A DNA stretch of 64,000 nt from the NCBI GenBank assembly GCA_964429225.1, contig CAYSAW010000006.1, positions 89,559 through 153,558 on the forward strand. Reading direction: 5' to 3'. Positions 28,099 to 36,607 of this stretch are shown here, one piece after another. The notes under the pieces were generated by a model. The model did not search any database and had not been told where the DNA came from. It saw nothing but the letters and a program-made list of their open reading frames with translations. The stretch comes from an uncultured bacterium (GTDB lineage Bacteria > Armatimonadota > DTGP01 > CAYSAW01). A program made the translations under genes and the position numbers. The first letter of the stretch is position 1. Every line of letters starts with the position of its first letter.

Positions 28099-28872
28099 AT
28101 GAAAAAATTGGGAAGAGTTTTGAGAGTCTTTTTCCCCCTGAGTTTGATCTTCTTCAGTACTATCCTCCAAGTCCAGTCCGCCCCTAAGAAGCGGATTTTG
28201 GTGGTGACCCATACCGAGGGCTTTCGCCACAGCTCTATTCCTGTTGGGGAGGAGGTGGTGAGAACTCTTGGAGAGCGGAATAGGCTTTGGGAGGTGGACT
28301 ATTGTCGGACTGCTGAGGATGTTCGGCGAATGATTACCGCAGAGAACCTAAAGAAGTATGATGCGGTAATGTTTCTGAATACCACCGGTGAGCTGCCGAT
28401 TTCCGAGGAGAACAAACAAGCTTTCCTCGATTGGTTGAAGAAGGGAAAGGGTTTTATCGGAGTCCACGCGGCCACGGATACTTTCTACAAATGGCCGGAG
28501 TATGGCAAGCTGATTGGAGGGTATTTTGATGGGCATCCTTGGCATCAGAAGATCCGAGTCAAAGTGGAGGATCAGAAGCACCCTTCCACCCAGGGATTAG
28601 GCCCTTCTTTTGAAATTACCGACGAGATCTATCAGTTTCGGGATTGGAGCCGGCAGGATAAGAAGGTTCTTCTTAGCGTGGACAATAGCTCGATAGATGT
28701 TTCTCGGGGAAAGCGGTCGGATCAGGATTATGCTATATCCTGGTGTCGGAGCTATGGTAAAGGGAGGGTCTTTTACACCTCTTTGGGTCATCGGGAGGAT
28801 GTGTGGACCAACCCTCTCTACCAAAAGCATCTCGAGGGAGGGATTAAATGGGTGTTAAGGCTAAAAGGTTAA
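28099..28872 (+). CDS. ThuA-like (trehalose utilisation) family protein, secreted, class I glutamine amidotransferase-like fold
   Basis: Signal peptide. The KRILVVTHTEGFRHSSIP motif and overall 257-aa length match ThuA. Confidence 0.7.
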   Translation: MKKLGRVLRVFFPLSLIFFSTILQVQSAPKKRILVVTHTEGFRHSSIPVGEEVVRTLGERNRLWEVDYCRTAEDVRRMITAENLKKYDAVMFLNTTGELPISEENKQAFLDWLKKGKGFIGVHAATDTFYKWPEYGKLIGGYFDGHPWHQKIRVKVEDQKHPSTQGLGPSFEITDEIYQFRDWSRQDKKVLLSVDNSSIDVSRGKRSDQDYAISWCRSYGKGRVFYTSLGHREDVWTNPLYQKHLEGGIKWVLRLKG

Positions 28873-29175
28873 AAGGGTTTTTCCCTCTTCCTTAAAATTT
28901 GACCCTAAGGTTCGCTTCTGGTATACTTCATCAGGCGAAGGGGGCTTTGAAACTCATTAAGGTAGGCTTTTTAAAAAGGAGGTGGGTAGGAGACCTGAAG
29001 TCCCCTCCTATGAAATGAGAAATTTCCTGTGCCTCATTCCTTATTTAACCCTTCAACCCTTTGCGCGATTGCTGATAGAAGAGAAGGGATGATTTTAATT
29101 GTGCTATAGTGGTTTGGGAACTTGAGTATAAGAAGTGAAGGGGTGGAATGGCAGAAGCGGGTCACAGTTGTCTAC

Positions 29176-29206
29176 GGCTCAGCGGAGCTGAGCTGTTTTC
29201 TTTTTG
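29176..29206 (+). terminator. Putative intrinsic terminator inside the 410-nt purA upstream intergenic region
   Basis: GCTCAGC-gga-GCTGAGC stem followed by TGTTTTCTTTTT. Confidence 0.45.
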
Positions 29207-29303
29207 CCTGGATAAGGGATCCCCCCCTAGAATGCCCTAGGGAGGAGAAGATAAGAAGGATGCTTCGGGTTTCCCTTGAGGTTTGTCGGTAGGAGGTTTA
29301 TCG

Positions 29304-30614
29304 ATGAGTGCTGTTGTTGTGGTAGGTACCCAATGGGGTGACGAAGCCAAGGGGAAAGTAGTGGATGTGCTTTCTCAAAGGGCGGATATGGTTGTGCGTT
29401 TCAACGGAGGTCCTAATGCCGGACATACAGTAGTTTTTGGTGGCCAAGTGTATGCCCTTCGCCTCATTCCTTCAGGGATCTTTAATCCTGCCACCCTTTG
29501 CGTGATTGCTGATGGAGTGGTAGTGGATGCTTCGGAGTTAGCCGAGGAGATTCAACAGCTGCGCCAACGAGGCCTCTCTGTAGAAAACCTTCGTGTTAGC
29601 CCTAATGCTCACTTAATTCTTCCCTATCACCGTCTTCTTGACCGGTTGGAGGAGGAGCATCGAGGAATCGCCTCTTTGGGTACCACGGGGAGAGGAATTG
29701 GACCAGCTTACCAAGATAAGGTGGCCCGCTGTGGGATCCGGGTGGGGGATCTCTTGGAAGGAGCTTCTTTAGAGGAGAAGCTTCATCAGATTGTAGAAGC
29801 GAAAAACCGCCTGATCACCCGCCTTTATGAGGCTCAACCGTTGGATGGACGGCAGATTTTAGAAGAACTGAAAAGAGCTTCTTTAGTCCTCCGCCCTTAT
29901 ATTGCCGATACGGGCCGGTTAGTCCGAGAGGCGGTTACCTCAGGAAAGCGGGTCGTCTTTGAAGGAGCCCAGGGAACCCTACTGGACCTAGACTACGGTT
30001 CTTACCCTTATGTGACTTCCTCTCATCCCATTGCTGGAGGAGCTTGCTTAGGCACAGGTATTGGCCCGCGTCATATTTCTCATATCCTAGGAGTGATGAA
30101 GGCCTATTGTACCCGGGTAGGTGCTGGCCCTATGCCCACGGAATTAACCGATGAAATCGGGGAGTGCCTCCGACAGAAGGGGCGAGAGTTTGGCACCGTG
30201 ACTGGACGTCCCCGAAGGTGCGGATGGCTCGATTTGGTGGCAGTCCGATACTCAGCGGGGGTGAACAGTTTGGATGGTCTAGCGGTGATGTCTCTGGATG
30301 TTTTGTCCGGTTTTAAGACTCTTAAAGTGTGTACGGCGTACCGCTTACCTGAGGGGGTTACTTCTGAATTCCCCGCGGATCACGCCCGTCTCCAAGAGGT
30401 TCAACCGATTTATGAGGAGCTGCCCGGTTGGGAGGAGGAGATCGGTTCTGTTCGCTCCTTTAAAGATTTGCCCCTTAATGCTCAAAAATACCTCCGACGG
30501 ATTGAAGAGTTAGTAGGAGTACCTGTCGAGATGGTTTCCGTTGGGCGGGATCGGGAACAAACCTTCTTTAACACCCCATCTCAAGATTTAGATTGGTTCT
30601 CCGCAGCCGCCTAG
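29304..30614 (+). CDS. purA: Adenylosuccinate synthetase
   Basis: MSAVVVVGTQWGDEAKGKVVD, GGPNAGHT and GTTGRGIGPAY motifs. An AGGAGG SD lies 7 nt upstream of the ATG at 29304. The track's TTG at 29283 lies within the SD. Confidence 0.9.
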   Translation: MSAVVVVGTQWGDEAKGKVVDVLSQRADMVVRFNGGPNAGHTVVFGGQVYALRLIPSGIFNPATLCVIADGVVVDASELAEEIQQLRQRGLSVENLRVSPNAHLILPYHRLLDRLEEEHRGIASLGTTGRGIGPAYQDKVARCGIRVGDLLEGASLEEKLHQIVEAKNRLITRLYEAQPLDGRQILEELKRASLVLRPYIADTGRLVREAVTSGKRVVFEGAQGTLLDLDYGSYPYVTSSHPIAGGACLGTGIGPRHISHILGVMKAYCTRVGAGPMPTELTDEIGECLRQKGREFGTVTGRPRRCGWLDLVAVRYSAGVNSLDGLAVMSLDVLSGFKTLKVCTAYRLPEGVTSEFPADHARLQEVQPIYEELPGWEEEIGSVRSFKDLPLNAQKYLRRIEELVGVPVEMVSVGRDREQTFFNTPSQDLDWFSAAA

Positions 30615-30987
30615 AAAAAGAGAGGCCCGCGACTGGAGAGGAGGGGGAGACAGTCGCGGGCGTTGAGAGAGAGGAGTTGTTTTAGGGCTGTGCGGATCCT
30701 TCCATTTAATATGACGATAAAAGTTCCCTAAATGTTCCCAAAGGATAACCCAGGGTTTTATAGGACTTGCGCAGTTGGGCAAGTTCACTGGTCTCAAACC
30801 TTTACCCTCTTTCAGACCTCTTTTCAGAGTTAGGCCCTCGCATTTTTTCACCAAAACGCTTTTCCCCAGGAATCTGCAGGTCTTGGCCCTCTAGTTTAAA
30901 TTTTTTGTTCGTGAGAGGGTGATGACTTTCGGAGGAAGATGTGATAAAATAAAATTTAGAAAACCACTAAGTTCGGGAGAAGGAAAG

Positions 30988-31620
30988 ATGCAACGACCGT
31001 TAACTTCTTCTCGGCGGGAGATTTTGAATCTCCTTAAAATGAACGGCGGGATGACCGCTGATCAGATTAGCAAAGCGATCGGCACCACGGCGGTCGCGGT
31101 ACGCCAACATCTGCAAACCCTGGAAGCCGAGGGTTTAGTCACGAGTTACACGGAGAGACGACCTGTCGGTCGTCCTGTTCAGGTTTACGTCTTAACCTCT
31201 AAGGCTGACGACTTATTCCCTAAGAATTACCATCTCTTCATCAAAGTACTTTTGGAAGAGCTGAAGGAGTTAGTCGAGCCATCGGTGGTAGAGCGGTTAT
31301 TTGAGAGGATTAAGGAGCGTTTGAAAGCGGATTATGGCTCTCATTTAAAAGGGAAAACTCCGGAAGAGAAGATTGTGGCGTTAGCTCGCCTTCGGGATGG
31401 AGCGGGCTATATGACGGAGGTTCAACGGGAGGATGGGGTTTTCTTCTTGGTCGAGCATAATTGTGCCATCTCTAAAGTTGCCCAAGATTATCCCCAAACC
31501 TGCCAGATAGAACTTGAGCTCTTTCAAGAGCTTATCCCCGAGGCGGAAATTACCCGGGTCTGTCATATCGCTTCTGGTGACCACGTTTGCCGGTATGCTA
31601 TCCGTTTGAGGGAGGGTTGA
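30988..31620 (+). CDS. Winged-helix (ArsR/DeoR-like) transcriptional regulator with C-terminal Cys-containing domain
   Basis: N-terminal HTH segment LTSSRREILNLLKMNGGMTADQISKAIGTTAVAVRQHLQTLEAEGLV. The C-terminal domain has CxxxxxxxxxC…C…HVC residues. SD GGGAGAAGGAAAG precedes the ATG at 30988. Confidence 0.55.
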   Translation: MQRPLTSSRREILNLLKMNGGMTADQISKAIGTTAVAVRQHLQTLEAEGLVTSYTERRPVGRPVQVYVLTSKADDLFPKNYHLFIKVLLEELKELVEPSVVERLFERIKERLKADYGSHLKGKTPEEKIVALARLRDGAGYMTEVQREDGVFFLVEHNCAISKVAQDYPQTCQIELELFQELIPEAEITRVCHIASGDHVCRYAIRLREG

Positions 31621-32233
31621 TCTGGCGCAAAAGGGCTTCGTAATCCTCCGGATAGTCTAGGTCCTTGAGAATCGCTGGATCCTCCACCTTGACAATCAGA
31701 CGATCCTCCGAGTATTGGTGGAGAAGTTGGCGCAAGCCCCCTTCTCCCTGATATTGAAGGATCAAAGGACCATACCGCCGAAGGTCCAGGAGAATCGGAT
31801 GCCCACGTCGGTTAGCATAGGCAGGTTGGATGATACCTTTTTGTTGTTCCCTCCACTTTTGGATTAAAAGGCTGATCGTTTCTGGGCGAACGAAAGGTTG
31901 GTCACCTAAAGCGAGGAGAATAGCTTCAGCGCGGGGGAGGAGCCATTCGACCCCTACTTTAAGGGATTGGAACATCCCCTCGGTATACCGAGGGTTTTCC
32001 AGAAGGACGACATCGTATTGAAAGAGTGTAGGGGCTATCTCCTGGGCCCGGTAACCCAAGACGACGACGATCCCCTCTAGGAGGCCGGGGGCTTTAAGGG
32101 ATCTGAGCACATTCTGGAGGAGGGTTTCAGGGCCGAGAGGGAGTAGGGGTTTCAGCCGGCCCATTCGTCGGGATTCTCCCGCGGCCAAAACTAAGCCCCA
32201 AAGAGAAGGTTGTGGACGATCTGCTCTTTCCAC
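31598..32233 (-). CDS. MobA-like NTP transferase domain protein (molybdenum cofactor cytidylyltransferase MocA-like)
   Basis: N-terminus LWGLVLAAGESRRMGRLKPLLPLG. The family is typical of xdh/cox accessory genes. Confidence 0.7.
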   Translation of the reverse strand: MERADRPQPSLWGLVLAAGESRRMGRLKPLLPLGPETLLQNVLRSLKAPGLLEGIVVVLGYRAQEIAPTLFQYDVVLLENPRYTEGMFQSLKVGVEWLLPRAEAILLALGDQPFVRPETISLLIQKWREQQKGIIQPAYANRRGHPILLDLRRYGPLILQYQGEGGLRQLLHQYSEDRLIVKVEDPAILKDLDYPEDYEALLRQINPPSNG

Positions 32234-32296
32234 CGTAATTTGGGGAAGTCTTTCCCCTCTAGGCTGACCTTCCTAGAGGGGGCTCTTTTTAAAGTT

Positions 32297-33463
32297 CTAG
32301 GTATCCTTGTTGCTTTCTCCCCAGCGTTGTTCAGGACGACGCCAGGTCGAGGAGAGGGGTAGGGGTTCTCGGGTTCCGGGCGGAGGCAGTTCCTCCCCTT
32401 TTGCCCCTTTAATGCGCCGACGGCTCCGCTCTAGCACTAGTTCGGCAGCAATGCTGACAGCGATCTCCTCCACGGTAAGTGCGCCAATTTCAATCCCGAT
32501 GGGGGCTCTTACTCGGGCTAGTTGTTCAGGGGTGGTGATCCTTTCTTCTAACAATCCTTCAAAGATGAGATGGATTTTCCGCCGGCTACCGATCATCCCG
32601 ATGTAGGCAGCTGGGCTATTCACTACCTCTCTCAAAGCTACTCCATCGTGTCGGTGGCCTCGGGTGACGATGACGATATAAGTGTTAGGGGTAATAGGAA
32701 ACTGCCGTAAACCCCGAACAATATCTTCTACAATGATCTGGGAGGCTTCGGGGAAACGCTCCGAATTTGCAAAAGAAGGGCGGTCGTCAAGGACTATAAC
32801 CTCAAAGTCTAAGAAGGCTCCTAAGTGGGCTACTGCTTTCCCTATATGCCCTGCGCCAACAATCAAAAGGGTGGGTTTAGGAAGGTGGGGTTCCAAGTAG
32901 AGGGTAATCCCCTCCGAGATTTCTATAACTTTGGGTTGGGGGGCTTCTTCCTCCATCAGGGAGAAGGCCTCTGTTCGGACCCTTTCTCCTAAAAGAGGAT
33001 CCCTAAGGTTCCCCACCGTCTCTCCTGTTTCCAGAATGAGTAGGGTGTCTCCCATTTGGGTTTTATCTGGATGTTGTACCAGAGTAACTAAAACCGCTTT
33101 CTCTTTCTTACTCTGAGCTTCCAGCAATCGTTGATAGGAGGTGAGTCCTCGGGTGGGTTGAGGATCAACAAAAATCTGAGCAGTCCCTCCACAGATGAGG
33201 CCATCATCAAAGCCGTAGTCGCTATCTAGCCGAAGTTCAAAGAACTCAGGCTGCTGGGTTCTTAGGGAGTTTAGAGCACGCCGTCGGGCCTCTGCTTCTA
33301 GACAGCCTCCTCCTAAGGTTCCATAAAGGCGGCCGTCAGCACAGAAAACAGCCCGTGCCCCCGGTTTTTGAGGGGTTGAACCTTTCGTCTCTACAACTGT
33401 ACCCAGGCTGAAGGGAACCCCTTCGTCAGCTAGCCGAAGGAGATATTGGTAGAAGTTCTTCAT
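32297..33463 (-). CDS. XdhC/CoxI family molybdoenzyme maturation (Mo-cofactor insertion) protein
   Basis: XdhC N-terminal domain (FSLGTVVETKGSTPQKPGARAVFCADGRLYGTLGGGCLEAEA) plus a Rossmann-like XdhC C-terminal domain (LLIVGAGHIGKAVAHLGAFLDFEVIVLDDR). Confidence 0.8.
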   Translation of the reverse strand: MKNFYQYLLRLADEGVPFSLGTVVETKGSTPQKPGARAVFCADGRLYGTLGGGCLEAEARRRALNSLRTQQPEFFELRLDSDYGFDDGLICGGTAQIFVDPQPTRGLTSYQRLLEAQSKKEKAVLVTLVQHPDKTQMGDTLLILETGETVGNLRDPLLGERVRTEAFSLMEEEAPQPKVIEISEGITLYLEPHLPKPTLLIVGAGHIGKAVAHLGAFLDFEVIVLDDRPSFANSERFPEASQIIVEDIVRGLRQFPITPNTYIVIVTRGHRHDGVALREVVNSPAAYIGMIGSRRKIHLIFEGLLEERITTPEQLARVRAPIGIEIGALTVEEIAVSIAAELVLERSRRRIKGAKGEELPPPGTREPLPLSSTWRRPEQRWGESNKDT

Positions 33464-33546
33464 TTTTCCCTCGCTTAGTTCCGTAACCTTCTTTCCAATT
33501 TGCTGAAGGGGGTAGGGAGGTTCAATCTCCCCCTAACCGCCAAGCT

Positions 33547-34035
33547 TTAAATTCGTTTTAACCACACACTAAGACCTATGATAGTGATCGCCAAAAGAAT
33601 GTTGGTGATCAACCACTGTTTGCGTCTTGCTTGAAAGGGTTTCACCCAAGAGAAAGAGGTATTCAGAATGGTGAGGATGCCTACGAGAACCAAGACTAAG
33701 ACGACTTTAGTCAGCAGTAAAGTGCGTTTGAGGCTAGGGGTGAACAGAACTTGGTGAACTTTGATAAAATTCACCAATCCCGAGATAGTAATGAGCAGAA
33801 CACAAATCCAAACCACCCTCCGGAATTGGCTTTGGGTTTTTTCGAAGAGGATCTTTTTTTCCGGATCAGACAGGGTTTGAAGGGCTGGAAGCAGGACGAA
33901 GTAGGAATAAAAGGCTCCTCCCAAAGCGATAGCAATGGCGCTCAGGTGGATCCATTGCATTAGGATGTTCAACCATACGGGTAATTGCATCACTTTTGTC
34001 TGCTCCAAAAGTAATGATACGATAGGAGCAGGCAA
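33547..34035 (-). CDS. Small integral membrane protein (4 TM), CopD/DUF-like
   Basis: Hydropathy only; no diagnostic motif. Confidence 0.4.
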   Translation of the reverse strand: MPAPIVSLLLEQTKVMQLPVWLNILMQWIHLSAIAIALGGAFYSYFVLLPALQTLSDPEKKILFEKTQSQFRRVVWICVLLITISGLVNFIKVHQVLFTPSLKRTLLLTKVVLVLVLVGILTILNTSFSWVKPFQARRKQWLITNILLAITIIGLSVWLKRI

Positions 34036-34176
34036 AGTTCCAGGGGAAGAGGAAATCAGCCTTGGGTCTAGAGTGGAGGGATATCTTTGGAGCCGAACTT
34101 TACAAGGATTCCCGGAGGTGAAAGGGGAAAAGGAATATTACCTTAAAGATCTCTTAGGGATTTTTCCCTAGGGGTT

Positions 34177-34932
34177 ATGGAAGAAAGCCTTTTCAAAGGG
34201 CAGGATAGTAAGATGAAACCCGCTCAGCTTTGTGAGGGCCCGAAGTGCCCGATAGCGATTTGGACGCCCGTCCCAGCTTTGACAGAGATCGTGGTGGGCT
34301 ATTTGTATCAGCATAGCTCTTTCCGGCCAAGGGGTGTTGAGACCCTTTCCGAGCTGGGGAGAGTGGAGGGAGGAGTCGTTCTTTGGGTGATCCCTACCCC
34401 TCAAGATTTTGAGGAGGTACTTCTTTGGATGCAGTCGAGGAGCCTTTCCCAAAAAGTGTTATATATTCTTTGGTTTCTGGCAAAGGGGATTCTTCCTCCA
34501 CCAGGCTTAGCCTCCGGGATGATAGTCTATCTTGGTAGAGAGATTAAGTTGGAGAAATTGGTAAGTCTTTTGAGCCGGTTGACCCGAGGTGGAAAAGGAG
34601 TTCCCAAGGGATTTTGTGATGGCTTTCAAGAGGAACAGATGTTTTGGTTGGGTAAAGAAGCGGTTTTTCAGAAGGGAAGGATTTCTCCCCGCCAAAAGCA
34701 GATTTTGCTAGGAGTTGCTCTTGGGTTAGCGAACAAACAGATCGCCCAGCGATTGAAGATCTCTGAGGAGACGGTAAAATCCTATCTTCGCAACCTTGAG
34801 AGGAAGTTCAAGACCTCGAATCGGGCGGGATTGGCCGTTTCGGCCCTCCTCCGGGGCATTCTTCCCTCCCAGGACCTTCTCAACCCGAAGCCTCCCTATC
34901 GAAAAGAAGATCGCCTGATACCGGATCTTTAA
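34177..34932 (+). CDS. LuxR-family transcriptional regulator (C-terminal HTH) with uncharacterised N-terminal domain
   Basis: ISPRQKQILLGVALGLANKQIAQRLKISEETVKSYLRNLERKF is the LuxR/GerE HTH signature. Confidence 0.7.
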   Translation: MEESLFKGQDSKMKPAQLCEGPKCPIAIWTPVPALTEIVVGYLYQHSSFRPRGVETLSELGRVEGGVVLWVIPTPQDFEEVLLWMQSRSLSQKVLYILWFLAKGILPPPGLASGMIVYLGREIKLEKLVSLLSRLTRGGKGVPKGFCDGFQEEQMFWLGKEAVFQKGRISPRQKQILLGVALGLANKQIAQRLKISEETVKSYLRNLERKFKTSNRAGLAVSALLRGILPSQDLLNPKPPYRKEDRLIPDL

Positions 34933-34948
34933 ACACAGAAAGAGGTTT

Positions 34949-36430
34949 TTAACCGGAAGGGATTAATTGCTTAAACTCTTGATAGGCCTTTTGCCACTCG
35001 GGAGTGTTTTGGGGGTGGTACCAGGCCATTTCGAAGGACTGGCGAACGATTCGCCGAAGTTCCGTTAGAGAGGCGAGATGACCTTGGGCCATTGCCTGAG
35101 TGAGGAGGTTGCCGAGGGCGGTTGCTTCTATGGGGCCTGCAGAAGTAGGTTTTCCTGTAGCATCAGCGGTAAACTGGCAAAGGAGTGTGTTTTGACTCCC
35201 TCCTCCCACAATGTGGATCACAGAAAGGGGTTGACCCAAGAGCTCCTCCAGCCGGTCCAGCACCCAACGATATTTCAGGGCAAGGCTCTCGAGGGCGCAG
35301 CGGGTTATCTCTCCAGGAGTTTCGGGTTCTTGTTGGTGGGTTTCTCGGCAAAACTCCCGGATGCGCTCTGGCATGTTACCTGGGGCTAGAAACCGAGGGT
35401 CATCCGGATCAACAAAAGCTTTAAAAGGCTTTGCTTCTTTGGCCATCTGAGTCAGGTCGTGATAGGAATATTCCTTGCCCTCCCTAGCCCAAGTCCTCCG
35501 GCACTCTTGGACTAACCAGAGGCCCATTATATTTCTTAGGAAGCGAAACCGTTTGGCTACTCCTCCCTCGTTGGTGAAGTTATATTGTAGGCTCTTATCA
35601 TTGATGATTGGTTGGGAGACTTCAATCCCCATTAGGGACCAAGTGCCGGAGCTGATATAAGCGAAGTTGTCTCCTTCGGCGGGCACGGCTGCCACAGCCG
35701 AGGCAGTATCATGGCTTCCTGGGGTGATTACTTGAACTTGTTTTGCCCCCGTTTCTTCTCCAATCTCTTCAAGCATCGGCCCAAGAGGAGTGCCCGGGGA
35801 AACGATCTGGGGGAAAATATGGGTGGGGATTCCCATCTTTTCCAAGAGATCTTGGTCCCAGTCCTCTTTTAAGGGGTTATAACACTGAGAGGTAGTCGCT
35901 ATGGTAAACTCGGATACTTTTTGACCTGTGAGCCAGTAATGGAAGAGGTCAGGCATCATCAGGAGGCAATCTGCGGTTTCGAGAAGGGGGGAGGAGGCAA
36001 CTACCATAGAGAGCAATTGATAGAGGGTGTTGAGCTGCATAAATTGGATACCCGTGGCGCGGAAGATCTCTTCTCGAGGTACCCGCCGAAAGGCTTCTTC
36101 CATCATTCCGTTGGTTCGAGAATCGCGGTAGTGATAGGGATTTCCCAGGAGAGATCCATCCCTAGCCAACAGGGCGTAATCCACTCCCCAGGTATCTACC
36201 CCTAAAGAGCAGAAGGAGTATCCTTCCCGAACGGCTTTAGCCAAACCTTCTTTCATCTCTTGAAAAAGGCGAAGAACATCCCAAAAAAGATGCCCTTGTA
36301 TTCTAACAGGGCCGTTGACAAACCGATGGACTTCTTGGAGGAGGATTTTGTCTTTCTGAAGGGTTCCTGCTACAGCTCTTCCGCTTTCAGCTCCTAAGTC
36401 AAAAGCAAGGAACTGGGCTCTCTCCGACAT
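34949..36430 (-). CDS. FGGY-family carbohydrate kinase (rhamnulokinase-like)
   Basis: N-terminus FLAFDLGAESGRAVAG. FGGY N- and C-terminal domain motifs (…HIVGGGSQNTLLCQFTADATG…) are present. Length is 493 aa. Confidence 0.8.
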   Translation of the reverse strand: MSERAQFLAFDLGAESGRAVAGTLQKDKILLQEVHRFVNGPVRIQGHLFWDVLRLFQEMKEGLAKAVREGYSFCSLGVDTWGVDYALLARDGSLLGNPYHYRDSRTNGMMEEAFRRVPREEIFRATGIQFMQLNTLYQLLSMVVASSPLLETADCLLMMPDLFHYWLTGQKVSEFTIATTSQCYNPLKEDWDQDLLEKMGIPTHIFPQIVSPGTPLGPMLEEIGEETGAKQVQVITPGSHDTASAVAAVPAEGDNFAYISSGTWSLMGIEVSQPIINDKSLQYNFTNEGGVAKRFRFLRNIMGLWLVQECRRTWAREGKEYSYHDLTQMAKEAKPFKAFVDPDDPRFLAPGNMPERIREFCRETHQQEPETPGEITRCALESLALKYRWVLDRLEELLGQPLSVIHIVGGGSQNTLLCQFTADATGKPTSAGPIEATALGNLLTQAMAQGHLASLTELRRIVRQSFEMAWYHPQNTPEWQKAYQEFKQLIPSG

Positions 36431-36607
36431 TCCTACACCTCCTAACAGCCTTTTCGAGAAAGGAGGGGGAAAACCCTGCTAGAAGGCTGGGATCTTCGGA
36501 GGGGGGGATATAGAAGAGGAGAAAGGGGCCGGGAGGTTTTCCCGGCCCCCTGGCGGAGGTTGGATTCGCGACCGACGCGGGCCACGGTCGCTGGCGGGCG
36601 TTGGAGT

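Noticed and set aside
30588-30854. 88-aa minus-strand ORF in the purA-regulator intergenic region
   Set aside because: It is Pro/Ser-rich and low-complexity, overlaps the purA 3' end, and is likely spurious. The region is better explained by the hairpin/terminator structure.
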